64,000 nucleotides of DNA. It comes from Patescibacteria group bacterium (GTDB lineage Bacteria > Patescibacteriota > Patescibacteriia > UBA2591 > JAQUPP01). The position numbers and the translations under genes were made by a program. The notes beneath the pieces are model-generated. The model made no database searches and was not told the DNA's origin. It worked only from the letters and a program-made list of their open reading frames with translations. Of this stretch, positions 30,101 to 36,702 are shown in pieces; the stretch's first letter is position 1, and every line of letters begins with the position of its first letter. The stretch is taken from the NCBI GenBank assembly GCA_028716665.1, contig JAQUPP010000001.1, positions 477,046 to 541,045 on the forward strand, written 5' to 3'.

Positions 30101-30125
30101 AATGAATACTAATTATCAGCAATAA
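21189..30125 (+). CDS. Giant multi-domain extracellular protein (2978 aa) with an N-terminal pilin-like two-TM hairpin, Ig-like/IPT domains, a Cys-rich module, a beta-propeller-like region, BIG2-like domains and a CBM/laminin-G-like domain
   Basis: A single ORF with no SD. The N-terminus is ...IVLGVLGLAATVIVIMGGFKWMTSGGDENKISEAKKLMMAGIVGILIIVLAY. Cys-dense segments include CRCCCDPKNDLCASPLHCL. An IPT-like segment is PVITSISPEEG...ITGINFG. The CBM-like segment runs GSFEIDKTKDGIPDNWLNHG...VWFDNLQLEEG. Confidence 0.8.
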   Translation: MKIEIIRQTANKKQLKKNIFLGFLCLLMVSGFLFFILSPVMTKAQEMNNGLENFRSAANYANTDLPTAMGRIMKIVLGVLGLAATVIVIMGGFKWMTSGGDENKISEAKKLMMAGIVGILIIVLAYAISSFIIGKLMSVTPPPPPCVGSSCLNNPYNPLPVDVFKVKRIESTHGSSLKAGSLQTDYHQDVYLCSAVQPMFNNWINAEAIKDLAQNDLRVETTTGGNKINGEWQTRDGIIIFKHQDLFNENTEYTTYLPKAILNTSSKTLQDCLASGTANGKCIENGSYFIWNFTTGTTTDKVAPTITSVYPILDQTNKHYPDQNVSLKPAIEVNFSEAIDATTVIEEDSVNPISDNIWLAEIDKQGGIIKETLLPEEFTVNMSDNGFRLNLSDANLLKPFTWYRIHVSDIKDLCSNKMAAAMEWEFQTNDRAPGISSVYPEGNKVCLDSNISIVFNTQMYDNNIDIEISDGVDTFTTNMTPSVIGVPYQKVITGGIFKVDNPKDPIDNGFRIFTFEPTNNLKSNTKYTIKINTDLVIDQKGALLAREWNFTTATPETCLCSPWISSLNPEQGSNGQCLTISGACFTGTDLQSADPKIEFILNSVSKPATIGGKDKNYITTVVPSDYIKSDQPQVQVTIKYRTGGEELVSNPSEFTVDSDETATGPCLWSINPSSGYPSETSVNLSGLRFGPASGQTTQQVKFYNNQSASFKTWSDNLIEKTLVPTDAVTGNVAIINDAGTSNGIPFTVLPHVGSAGSLCRASECPSNPLNTCTAPYQCKNESTDTCRCCCDPKNDLCASPLHCLADQGSCNSTSAINPRGLCCGCTGDDQCGAGAGCGMLDSNRCCYNQPTVKISACSNPQNPSKKIGNNTAISIIFSDLMNYGSLKEENIKIFEETAGICKLDKICEQETSCNCQVKNATVCTVNKNNKECNYEHIPVQGRIINSDVQREEICKLATLNCDKDKGCDCKNGNKIVCTVKKDKDSCAYYVSDHTETVFYPSECRLEEETLYKVTIRGGINGKGIISKSGVSIKDKEFTFTTGNKYNFCDVDQIKVSPVSTIIKSFKEIKKFTAQAKDTENNSICVPGFIWGFPDDINVANYIESCSPANCDCINSQGPSCARNLKKVLMNPAIEANVQAQAEGATGVSAFTAGKNGLANLEVDLISPVITSISPEEGTNNPIIPTYVTITGINFGSSQGESKIMFGNVTADIACQNWSDKSIVAIVPPSLDKGLNQVTIFQSDQGASNQVGFKVQDSFHPAICKLQPNFGKTGDIVSINGKNFGDTMANNGKIIIGDPLNGGVELVKTVNNKSNPNILSWSNQEIKIKMPEVAQNEAEVTVSVPSPIEAGNPLKISNPVTFHKAPIITSITPGDGPKKTWITIHGYNFGSVKGVVSFKYNNTNYSAADLPTYCGSSWSDTQIIVEAPQILPDVATDQDSYNLQIEVDTDYGIASQSVKWTLNKKLLGPALCSINPSNGWPGFSPVTIQGERFNLASGESARSLVFNKDKEAAILTWSTDGAINNIAVPQDATSGNVVVTKTIQTNSRQKCIGISFGGKCFGKKQTVWDEIKMTSNPLHFNIVPLGGCGIFGTLDTRDRDPILVGEKENEYPPVNPFDSQSVGTLATDGKYLYTKSWSGYDQWPNGVYGCTNGSGCEDNMISKIGTGYQGTVSGKIYKKDLATVNHSLTMTYFPDDWLYNGYTNNGHNLERVNVITGAVDYVEIPSSTPLMNRETGRDLTELYEDLLITSDGKYVYNLAHGINGSYYNGFRVKIFDPNKNWQLVKEWTSIGSGSYIPSFYTDGIIADGDYIYAIQWGTAGGGGYLIRKMEALTGKVIAEWTSEQKQLNNPQGKNTDIISGQYDWVNNKVWLGDLVDRRNADNKCDQCSGYCHCTPAYIYRYACQGAGQLGLPQVIGDANCETNLPSPSPAADLSAVCSNAVISARFNQKVSGLTPLNILVQKCNNGSDNFNSQNCTADVAGSISLDSFNSQGFIFTPTNNLDANYWYQITLKSGSTGIKNLNNYSLDGNKNNIQDGEDNYFWHFKTGSNLCSPEKVKISETVLVGEKAGIIIKPGTRNYFAQAFGPNCQILKSASFSWTWTSTKSEFATVGSSVNNQTTATGVDLGETDITVTTTQPDPSDATKEIKLSNKTHLIVATRPTAINYPAVGSTNICLNTSISATFDQLMDGSTLNSKTIKFYKVVPDLDEEEEGSPLSFNQNINKNILVRFFNNLKNVFLKKTEAAEKINISVVDDAKQTKVYLNIDLLDEKSTYKIEILGGENGVKSKYGIGMTADKSWTFITGKEICKLSEVKTSITGNSEKCTVGADKKSAECSKENSTVNFKAIAKNNRGEEIQSVTGYQLAWSWKSSDTNVATISNTVNNAVATVKNKNGSAQITATAEITGGKEKISNSASIKVFLCEVPWIFEDKLGQAETKEPYTNFRLQYCQGDLKKNLVSNGSFEIDKTKDGIPDNWLNHGKEYSTDGKNSYSGKAAIKPGYSWCQPSDSSVMQYDITIKPNTFYTFSAYVKGENIYAPRIDIRFYHDISEDPHQFSNNCAWYNGGVDKADINCSFSGVLDKDSYKRIYFTFNSGSNDKIQYISLQGVGGVCNPAQACNCGNSSGKPCDASACPRVVWFDNLQLEEGKQPSEYQDFPSLPYLVATETTKSSVVKEFIFTNSVNNDVIGLKVLKNPDYLTPFEWYKKNVPNPGSPTSLIVNGYQAVKEGRTVYVGATNVDNNEIIEGLIYLISYSDNAKPETIDIFNKLVEDWQFNTNKTVDKQLIQRDLFRLYDLRTMSQKLADYKSNYDYYPKLESGSFMKGITDSKWPSWKNPQGQFISSMPNDPINQFLNPTSGYCAGCNNASQCDGTCYNQSTSKYECPVGSHVYQYMVKDGGADYSLYLNFETDSLKWQKSCSGMDQSNCEIHYLCGWAANKCQSKLFGYSSDIYKCFDSVYGPVIGKTIIDSYGSISGMNTNYQQ

Positions 30126-30154
30126 TAAATTTTATAAATTGATAAAATATAATT

Positions 30155-30760
30155 ATGCCAGATGAAATAAAAAATTTAGATGCGGATTTTGCCAATCAAG
30201 ATGGGGGAGTGGAAGATATTTTTGAGGATGTTGAGCGTAAGAATTTTATTTCTGATGAAAATAAAAATTCCGACAATTCATCGTCAAATCGCAAGAAATT
30301 CAATAAGAATTTTGTCCGTGTTGTTTTTATTATTATCATTATCGCGATTGTCGGGGCGGGAGTTTATTATTACGCTTTGCCGAAAATAAAAAATTTAATG
30401 GAACAGGCAAAAATAAAAAAACTCAATCAGACCGGGCAGCCTCAAGCAAATTCGGAAGACAAGACGGCGCCGATAATCATTATTAAGCCGATTGAAATGG
30501 CTCCTGATGCGGATGGTGACGGCTTGACGGATGAAGAAGAAATCACACTGGGCACTGATAAAAATAAATCTGACACTGATAACGATGGTCTTTCCGACCG
30601 AGAAGAAGTTAAAGTTTATTTAACAAATCCCTTAAAACTTGATACTGACGGAGACGGCATTAAAGACAGTCAGGAAATTAAAAATAATACTGATCCGAAT
30701 AATTCAAACCCAAACGCCAAATTATTGGATTTACAAAAAGAAATTGATAAATTAAAGTAA
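30155..30760 (+). CDS. Single-pass membrane protein with thrombospondin type-3-like Ca-binding Asp repeats
   Basis: Acidic N-terminal cytosolic segment, then a TM helix, then DADGDGLTDEEE...DTDNDGLSDREE...DTDGDGIKDSQE repeats. Confidence 0.6.
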   Translation: MPDEIKNLDADFANQDGGVEDIFEDVERKNFISDENKNSDNSSSNRKKFNKNFVRVVFIIIIIAIVGAGVYYYALPKIKNLMEQAKIKKLNQTGQPQANSEDKTAPIIIIKPIEMAPDADGDGLTDEEEITLGTDKNKSDTDNDGLSDREEVKVYLTNPLKLDTDGDGIKDSQEIKNNTDPNNSNPNAKLLDLQKEIDKLK

Positions 30761-30762
30761 AG

Positions 30763-30945
30763 AGTTTTGTTGAAAATTTAGAGGCTGAAAGCCGAATAAA
30801 TTATCATTACAAAACCTTTACCCCCTCCTTTTGAGTGCTTTTAAATTTATGTATTACGTTCTATTTCATAAAATTACAAAAAAACCATATATTGGTTTTT
30901 CGCAAATCTAAAAAAATAATCAAAAGCATCTAAAAGGAGGGGGTA
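30763..30945. repeat. Structured intergenic repeat element, copy A (outer AGTTTTGT/ACAAAAC arms, inner GNRA hairpin, then a 14-bp CCCCCTCCTTTT/AAAAGGAGGGGG stem closing a ~100-nt loop)
   Basis: The motif taaagagttttgt...acaaaacctttaccccctcctttt ... aaaaggagggggtactcaaa is shared with 61681-61845. Confidence 0.6.
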
Positions 30946-31086
30946 CTCAAATTATTAATAAAATTTTTCGCGTTATTGCCAAGCGAGCGAGGGAAAAGAA
31001 AATTTATTTTCTTTTTCGAGCAAGCGCAGGCAACACAGATTTAATAATCTTTATAAATAACTTAAAAATTTTAAAAAATTTGGTAT

Positions 31087-32673
31087 ATGCCAGAAGAAAC
31101 ACCAATTCAACCGGAACCACAAAAAACAAATACTTCCGCGGTGCAGGATATTTTTTCTAATCCTCCGGCGGCGGCGAAAAGGGAGATTACAGAAGAAGTG
31201 ACTCAATACGGGACTACCGGAGAGATGATTTACGTTATGCCGGAAAAATTTCGTAAAGCTCAGCGCAAGCTATCAAAAAAAGATAAAAATAAATCTCTTA
31301 TTTTAATTTTGTGTCTTTTAATTATTATTATCGGCGGAGGATTGGGATTTTATTTTTGGATAAAAAATTATCATCCGAATATTCCGGTTATCACTCAAAT
31401 TCCGGCCATTACTCAACCGGATGAAAATAATTCTTCTTCTGTCCCGGTCGCAAATACTTCAATTGAACAGACTCTAAAAGCGGAAATAAAAGATCAATCA
31501 GGAGAATCTGTCTCTTGGTTGGAATTCTATTTACCTGCCGGAGCGGTCGATTCAAATTTAAAAATTGAATTAACTTCAGAACCGACAACCAATAATGATA
31601 CATATAATGATTATAAGGTTATTGGAGGAATTTATAAAATTCAATCCACTAATCTTGTTTTGCAAAAATCCGCAACCTTAAGAGCTTTTTATCATAATAA
31701 AATTATTGAAAGCAATTGGGAAAGCGATATTGCCTTGGGTTATTTAAAAGATAATATTTGGACTCCCTTATCAAGCACGCAAGATGCGGAAAATAATTTA
31801 GTCACTGTTCAATTAGACCTTCTGCCCTCCGATACATTTGCTTTGATTGTTTCAAAAAATAAAGCAACGCCTAAAATAGAAACATTTCAAGTGGCTCCGC
31901 AAATTTCTTCCACGATTGATTCTGATCAAGACAGTCTAACCGACACTGAAGAAACGATTTATCGTACGGGTATTAATAATCCTGATACTGATGGCGATGG
32001 CATAAGTGACGGTCAAGAAATAGTTAATTTAACCGATCCGTTGCAAGCGGGGGAGAATAAGCTTTCGGCCGCCGGTTTGGTTAATATTTATACCAACTCC
32101 ACTTTTTCCTACAGTTTTTTCTATCCATCTTCTTGGATAACCAGGGCGATTCCGGAAACTAACAACGAAGAAGTTTTGGTGATTACCAATACCGGAGAAT
32201 TTTTCAGCGCGACGGTGGAAAAAAATCCCGACCAATTGTCTTTGATTGATTGGTATTTAAAACAATCGCCGACAACAGAAAGAAATTTATTGACTAATAT
32301 TACGGTTAATAATCAACCTGCTCTTTGGAGTTCGGATCATTTGACAATTTATATTGCCAAAGATGAAAATGTCTATACGGTTTCATATAATGTCGGCACT
32401 GAAAAAGAGGCGAATTTCAAGGCTACTTTTAAAATGTTAATTAACAGCTTTCAATTCATCATTCCGTCCTCACCCGTTTCATCAAGGCCTGATGGAACTT
32501 TAATAAAATATCCGGACAGCGCCATGGTTTATTTGATTGAAAACGGCAGTAAAAGAGTTTTTAAATCAGGAGAAATTTTTGAAAAATTAGGTTATAAATG
32601 GGAAAATGTGATAGAAATTTCAGCGGATGAAACTTTTTTGGATGGTTCTATCATTGATGAAAATGAATCATAA
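31087..32673 (+). CDS. Single-pass membrane/surface protein with a TSP3-like Asp repeat and the shared C-terminal ~50-aa module
   Basis: TM at about residue 70-95. Repeat is DSDQDSLTDTEE...DTDGDGISDGQE. C-terminus is PDGTLIKYPDSAMVYLIENGSKRVFKSGEIFEKLGYKWENVIEI. No SD; start context is ttaaaaaatttggtatATG. Confidence 0.65.
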   Translation: MPEETPIQPEPQKTNTSAVQDIFSNPPAAAKREITEEVTQYGTTGEMIYVMPEKFRKAQRKLSKKDKNKSLILILCLLIIIIGGGLGFYFWIKNYHPNIPVITQIPAITQPDENNSSSVPVANTSIEQTLKAEIKDQSGESVSWLEFYLPAGAVDSNLKIELTSEPTTNNDTYNDYKVIGGIYKIQSTNLVLQKSATLRAFYHNKIIESNWESDIALGYLKDNIWTPLSSTQDAENNLVTVQLDLLPSDTFALIVSKNKATPKIETFQVAPQISSTIDSDQDSLTDTEETIYRTGINNPDTDGDGISDGQEIVNLTDPLQAGENKLSAAGLVNIYTNSTFSYSFFYPSSWITRAIPETNNEEVLVITNTGEFFSATVEKNPDQLSLIDWYLKQSPTTERNLLTNITVNNQPALWSSDHLTIYIAKDENVYTVSYNVGTEKEANFKATFKMLINSFQFIIPSSPVSSRPDGTLIKYPDSAMVYLIENGSKRVFKSGEIFEKLGYKWENVIEISADETFLDGSIIDENES

Positions 32674-32695
32674 TAATAATCTTTAAATATAATAT

Positions 32696-33499
32696 ATGTC
32701 AACGGCTGATTTAATCATTAAAAAAAGAGTGGTTATTTTTTTTATAGTAATAGTTTTACTTTTTTTTGCTTTTTCCAATGGAGGAAAAAATACTCTATTT
32801 TTTTTATTGAAACCTTTCGAAAAATTATCTTATAAAATTTCGGGTCATCCGAAAAATTATATTGAATGTCAAAATTGGCAAAATGATAAATTGGCGTTGG
32901 AAAAAGAAATAAATAATCTTAAAACCGAAAATACCAAATTTCAAATATATCAAACGGAAAATCAAGTTTTAAAAAATCATTTAAATTTTTTAGAAACCTC
33001 CAAGGATTCATTTGTCATAACTAATGTTATAGGTAAAAGAATAGAAGCAGGTTATACTTGGTTTTTACTTGATAAAGGTAAAAAAGACGGTGTGAATATT
33101 GATCTGGCAGTTGTTGATGAAAATGGAATATTGGTTGGCACGATAATAAAAGTTGAAGATTATATTTCATTTTTACAGCCGGTTTTTGACAGTCATTCGC
33201 AAATTACCGCTGATATTATCATAAAGGGAGAGAGCCCTAATTCTGTCTCAGGGATAGTGCAGGGAGAATACGGCTTGACTATGAAAATGAATTATATCCC
33301 GCTTGATAAACCGATAAAAACCGGAGATATTATCATTACTTCGGGATTGGAAGAAAATATCAGGAGGGGATTGATAATTGGCGAGGTGGCGGAGATTAGC
33401 AAAAAACCAAATGCAGTTTTTCAGGAAGCAACTATTAAATCACCTAAGTCTCTCTTGGATTTAAGAATCGCGTCAATAATTTTAAAAAATACCCCATAA
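32696..33499 (+). CDS. mreC: Rod shape-determining protein MreC
   Basis: N-terminal TM, a coiled-coil and a C-terminal beta domain ending ...GLIIGEVAEISKKPNAVFQEATIKSP. It is followed by mreD and PBP2. Confidence 0.65.
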   Translation: MSTADLIIKKRVVIFFIVIVLLFFAFSNGGKNTLFFLLKPFEKLSYKISGHPKNYIECQNWQNDKLALEKEINNLKTENTKFQIYQTENQVLKNHLNFLETSKDSFVITNVIGKRIEAGYTWFLLDKGKKDGVNIDLAVVDENGILVGTIIKVEDYISFLQPVFDSHSQITADIIIKGESPNSVSGIVQGEYGLTMKMNYIPLDKPIKTGDIIITSGLEENIRRGLIIGEVAEISKKPNAVFQEATIKSPKSLLDLRIASIILKNTP

Positions 33500-33539
33500 A
33501 GTTTTAAAATATAAAAATGATTTTTAAATTTTTAGATTT

Positions 33540-34052
33540 TTGTATTCTAATATGGCCAAATTGAAACTTATATTATTATTTTTTTCAATAATCTGTTTAA
33601 ATATTTTACAGATTTCTTTTTTATTTAAATCTTCGGTTCTAAGGTATTTGAATCTTGCTCTGATTTTAATAATTCTTTTGCTAATTTTTAATAAATTTAA
33701 ATTTGCTATTTTGGCTGTGTTAACGAGCGGTGTTCTATTGGATTTATACTCTATTTTTAAGCCGGGAGTTTTTTTTCTGACATTTTTATTGACTTTGATT
33801 ATCTCTTATAAAATTATCAAAGAATTCAGTCAGATGTCGACGAACAGTGTTTTAATTGTGGCTATTTTAAGTAATATAGTTTATCAAATTATTATTTTAA
33901 TTATTGTTTGGCTTGCTTATTTTTTAAATTTTCAAGATTTTATGGTGGTGACAGACAGATTCTATTGGTTTAATTTTGGCTGGTCTGTTTTAGTAAACAG
34001 CATGGCAATAATCATGGGATATTCAATTATTAAAACTTTACGTCAAAAATAA
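33540..34052 (+). CDS. mreD: Rod shape-determining protein MreD (polytopic membrane protein)
   Basis: 170-aa, highly hydrophobic, five predicted TM segments, in the canonical position between mreC and mrdA. Confidence 0.5.
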   Translation: MYSNMAKLKLILLFFSIICLNILQISFLFKSSVLRYLNLALILIILLLIFNKFKFAILAVLTSGVLLDLYSIFKPGVFFLTFLLTLIISYKIIKEFSQMSTNSVLIVAILSNIVYQIIILIIVWLAYFLNFQDFMVVTDRFYWFNFGWSVLVNSMAIIMGYSIIKTLRQK

Positions 34053-34075
34053 AACAATGATAAGAAATATTTCTT

Positions 34076-36001
34076 ATGGACGATCCATTTAAAATTCAAC
34101 AAGAAGATAAGAATATCAGAGATGGAAATTTAGAAGGATTTAATCAGCGACGATATACGGGAAATTATTGGCCGCCGGAAGAAAATTGGGCCGGGCCGAT
34201 AGTTTTGCCTATGGAGAAAAAATCTCTTAATGTTTTTATTTTTTTAATGATCGCGGTTTTGACGATTGTATTCGGCAGAATTTTTTGGCTTCAAGTTTTT
34301 TCCGGACAGGAATTTAGGAATATGGCCGAGGGCAATAGAATCCGTGTTGAAACGATTAAGGCGGATAGAGGGCTTATCTATGATCGCTATCAGACTCCGC
34401 TTGTTAAAAATATGCCAAATTTTTCTTTAATAATAATACCTGTGGATTTGCCTAAAAATAAAGAAACAAGGATAGAAATTGTTAATAAAATTTCATCTTT
34501 TTTGGGGAAATCATTAGAAGATTCAATTAAAGAGGAATTGTCTAAGCTTACGGCTGATCAGCCCAATCAATCAGTATACCCCGTTGTTTTAAAAGATAGT
34601 TTGAGTTATGAAGAAGCGATGAAGTTAAAATTGGAAGAAATACCAGGCATCTCCGTAATTGTAGAACCAAAAAGGCAATATTTGGATCCTACTTATTTTT
34701 CGCACGTTATCGGTTATATGGGTAAAATTACACCCGAAGAATTGACTGATAATAAAGGATATTCAAGAACAGATTCTCTTGGTAAAACCGGATTGGAATT
34801 AAATTATGAAAATATTTTAAAAGGAGAAAATGGAGAAACAAATATTGAAGTTGATTCGCTTGGAAGAGAAAAAAGAATCGCCAGTCAAAAAACACCTCAA
34901 ACCGGACAAGATTTGATTTTAACCATTGACGCTGGTTTGCAAAAAAAAGTTACTGACGTTTTGAGTCATTATATTAAAGCGGCCGGCGCTCGCGCCGGAT
35001 CAGCCGTAGCAATAGATCCACGAAACGGCGAGATTCTGGCCATTGTCAGTTGGCCGACTTTTGATAATAATATTTTTATTCAAGCAAGCGCCAGTGATTT
35101 TAAAACTTTAATAGAAGATTCTTTCAAACCATTATTCTTCAGGGCAATCAGCGGTCAATATCCGTCAGGTTCAATTTTTAAGCCGATTGAAATAGCTGCC
35201 GCTTTTGCCGAAGGCATTATTAACGAGAAAACAACAATTCTTTCAACCGGAGGAGTGAGAATCGGACAATGGTTTTTCGGTGATTGGAAAACAGAAGGAC
35301 ATGGTATTACTGATTTTAGAAAAGCTTTGGCCGAATCGGTAAATACTTTTTTTTATTATATCGGCGGAGGATTTGGAAATTTTAAAGGCCTTGGACCGGA
35401 AAAAATTATTCAGTATGCCGAACTTTTCGGTTTAAACAGCAAAACAGGGGTTGATTTAAAAGGCGAGTCATCGGGTTTTTTATTAACACCTGCTTACAAA
35501 GAAAATGTTCAAAAACAGCCGTGGTATATCGGTGATACTTATCATTTATCCATCGGCCAGAGCAATATTTTAGTAACGCCGATTCAAGTGGCGAATTATA
35601 CGGCGGCCATTGCCAATGGCAAAACTCTTTTTCAACCTCGTTTGGTCAAGGAAATTGACAATTCGGAAACCGGCCAAAAAATAATAATTCAGCCGCAAAT
35701 TATCAGAGAAAATTTTATTGATCCAAAATATTTGGAATTAGTCAGAGAAGGAATGCGTCAAACAATAACTGTGGGCAGCGCGCGCAGTTTAAATACTTTG
35801 CCGATTCAAGTAGCCGGTAAAACAGGCACAGCCCAGGTGGAAGGAAAAGGCAATCACGCTTGGTTTACTTGTTTCGCGCCTTATGAAAATCCGGAAATAG
35901 CTCTAACTATTTTAGTGGAAAATGGAGGCGAGGGCTCATCTTTTGCCGCGCCGGCAGCCAAAGAAATTTTATCCTGGTGGGCAGAGCAAAAGAAAAAATA
36001 A
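34076..36001 (+). CDS. mrdA: Penicillin-binding protein 2 (peptidoglycan D,D-transpeptidase)
   Basis: PBP dimerisation domain plus transpeptidase motifs: SxxK (SGSIFKP), SxN (SVN) and KTGT (KTGTAQV). Confidence 0.85.
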   Translation: MDDPFKIQQEDKNIRDGNLEGFNQRRYTGNYWPPEENWAGPIVLPMEKKSLNVFIFLMIAVLTIVFGRIFWLQVFSGQEFRNMAEGNRIRVETIKADRGLIYDRYQTPLVKNMPNFSLIIIPVDLPKNKETRIEIVNKISSFLGKSLEDSIKEELSKLTADQPNQSVYPVVLKDSLSYEEAMKLKLEEIPGISVIVEPKRQYLDPTYFSHVIGYMGKITPEELTDNKGYSRTDSLGKTGLELNYENILKGENGETNIEVDSLGREKRIASQKTPQTGQDLILTIDAGLQKKVTDVLSHYIKAAGARAGSAVAIDPRNGEILAIVSWPTFDNNIFIQASASDFKTLIEDSFKPLFFRAISGQYPSGSIFKPIEIAAAFAEGIINEKTTILSTGGVRIGQWFFGDWKTEGHGITDFRKALAESVNTFFYYIGGGFGNFKGLGPEKIIQYAELFGLNSKTGVDLKGESSGFLLTPAYKENVQKQPWYIGDTYHLSIGQSNILVTPIQVANYTAAIANGKTLFQPRLVKEIDNSETGQKIIIQPQIIRENFIDPKYLELVREGMRQTITVGSARSLNTLPIQVAGKTGTAQVEGKGNHAWFTCFAPYENPEIALTILVENGGEGSSFAAPAAKEILSWWAEQKKK

Positions 36002-36036
36002 TATTTTTGTAAAATGTGATATAATTTAAAATAAAT

Positions 36037-36687
36037 ATGGGTTTTGATATTTTATCAAATAAAAATACAAGAGTTCTTCTGTTAGTAGCTCATCCCGATG
36101 ATGAAACTATTTTTTGTGGCGGTACAATGCTTCTTTATCCCTATTGCCAATGGGCGGTGGTTTGTATGACCGATGGACCAGGAAATGCTCCGCGTGAAGA
36201 ATTCGAAAAGGCCATAGAAAAATTTAAAAAATTAGGAGTCAATATTATTTCATACTTATGGCTTGGGCAGGAAAAATTTAAGAAAACAAAAAAGGAAATG
36301 AGCGAAGCAGAAAAAAGGGTTATAGAATCAGGAAACAATACCCTAAGATTAAAATGGAAAACCGAAATTGAACAATGTAATTTTAATCCAGACATTGTAA
36401 TAACTCACAACGAAAGAGGCGAATATGGTCATATAGATCATAAAGAGCTACATTTAATTATAAAAAGTTTATTTTCTAATGTTTGGGATTTTTTTTATCC
36501 TAAGCACAATGAAAATAAAATCACCTACAAAAAAAGAGAAAATATTGAATTAAATAATGCAATATTAAAAATAAAAAGAGATATCATCCACGATATCTAT
36601 AAGTCCCAAGTTGATAATTTAAAAGGTCTTCCGGATTTATGTGACTACGAACTTAATAAGGGACCAGAAATATTTATCTCAAGTTAG
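36037..36687 (+). CDS. PIG-L/LmbE family N-acetylglucosaminyl deacetylase
   Basis: RVLLLVAHPDDETIFCGGTML signature, and HIDHKEL (His-rich metal site). Confidence 0.75.
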   Translation: MGFDILSNKNTRVLLLVAHPDDETIFCGGTMLLYPYCQWAVVCMTDGPGNAPREEFEKAIEKFKKLGVNIISYLWLGQEKFKKTKKEMSEAEKRVIESGNNTLRLKWKTEIEQCNFNPDIVITHNERGEYGHIDHKELHLIIKSLFSNVWDFFYPKHNENKITYKKRENIELNNAILKIKRDIIHDIYKSQVDNLKGLPDLCDYELNKGPEIFISS

Positions 36688-36702
36688 TTTTAATATTTTA
36701 AT

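Noticed and set aside
4603-30125. Numerous 60-100-aa antisense ORFs inside the two giant genes
   Set aside because: They are embedded in long, clearly coding, sense-strand ORFs and lack start signals. They are considered spurious.
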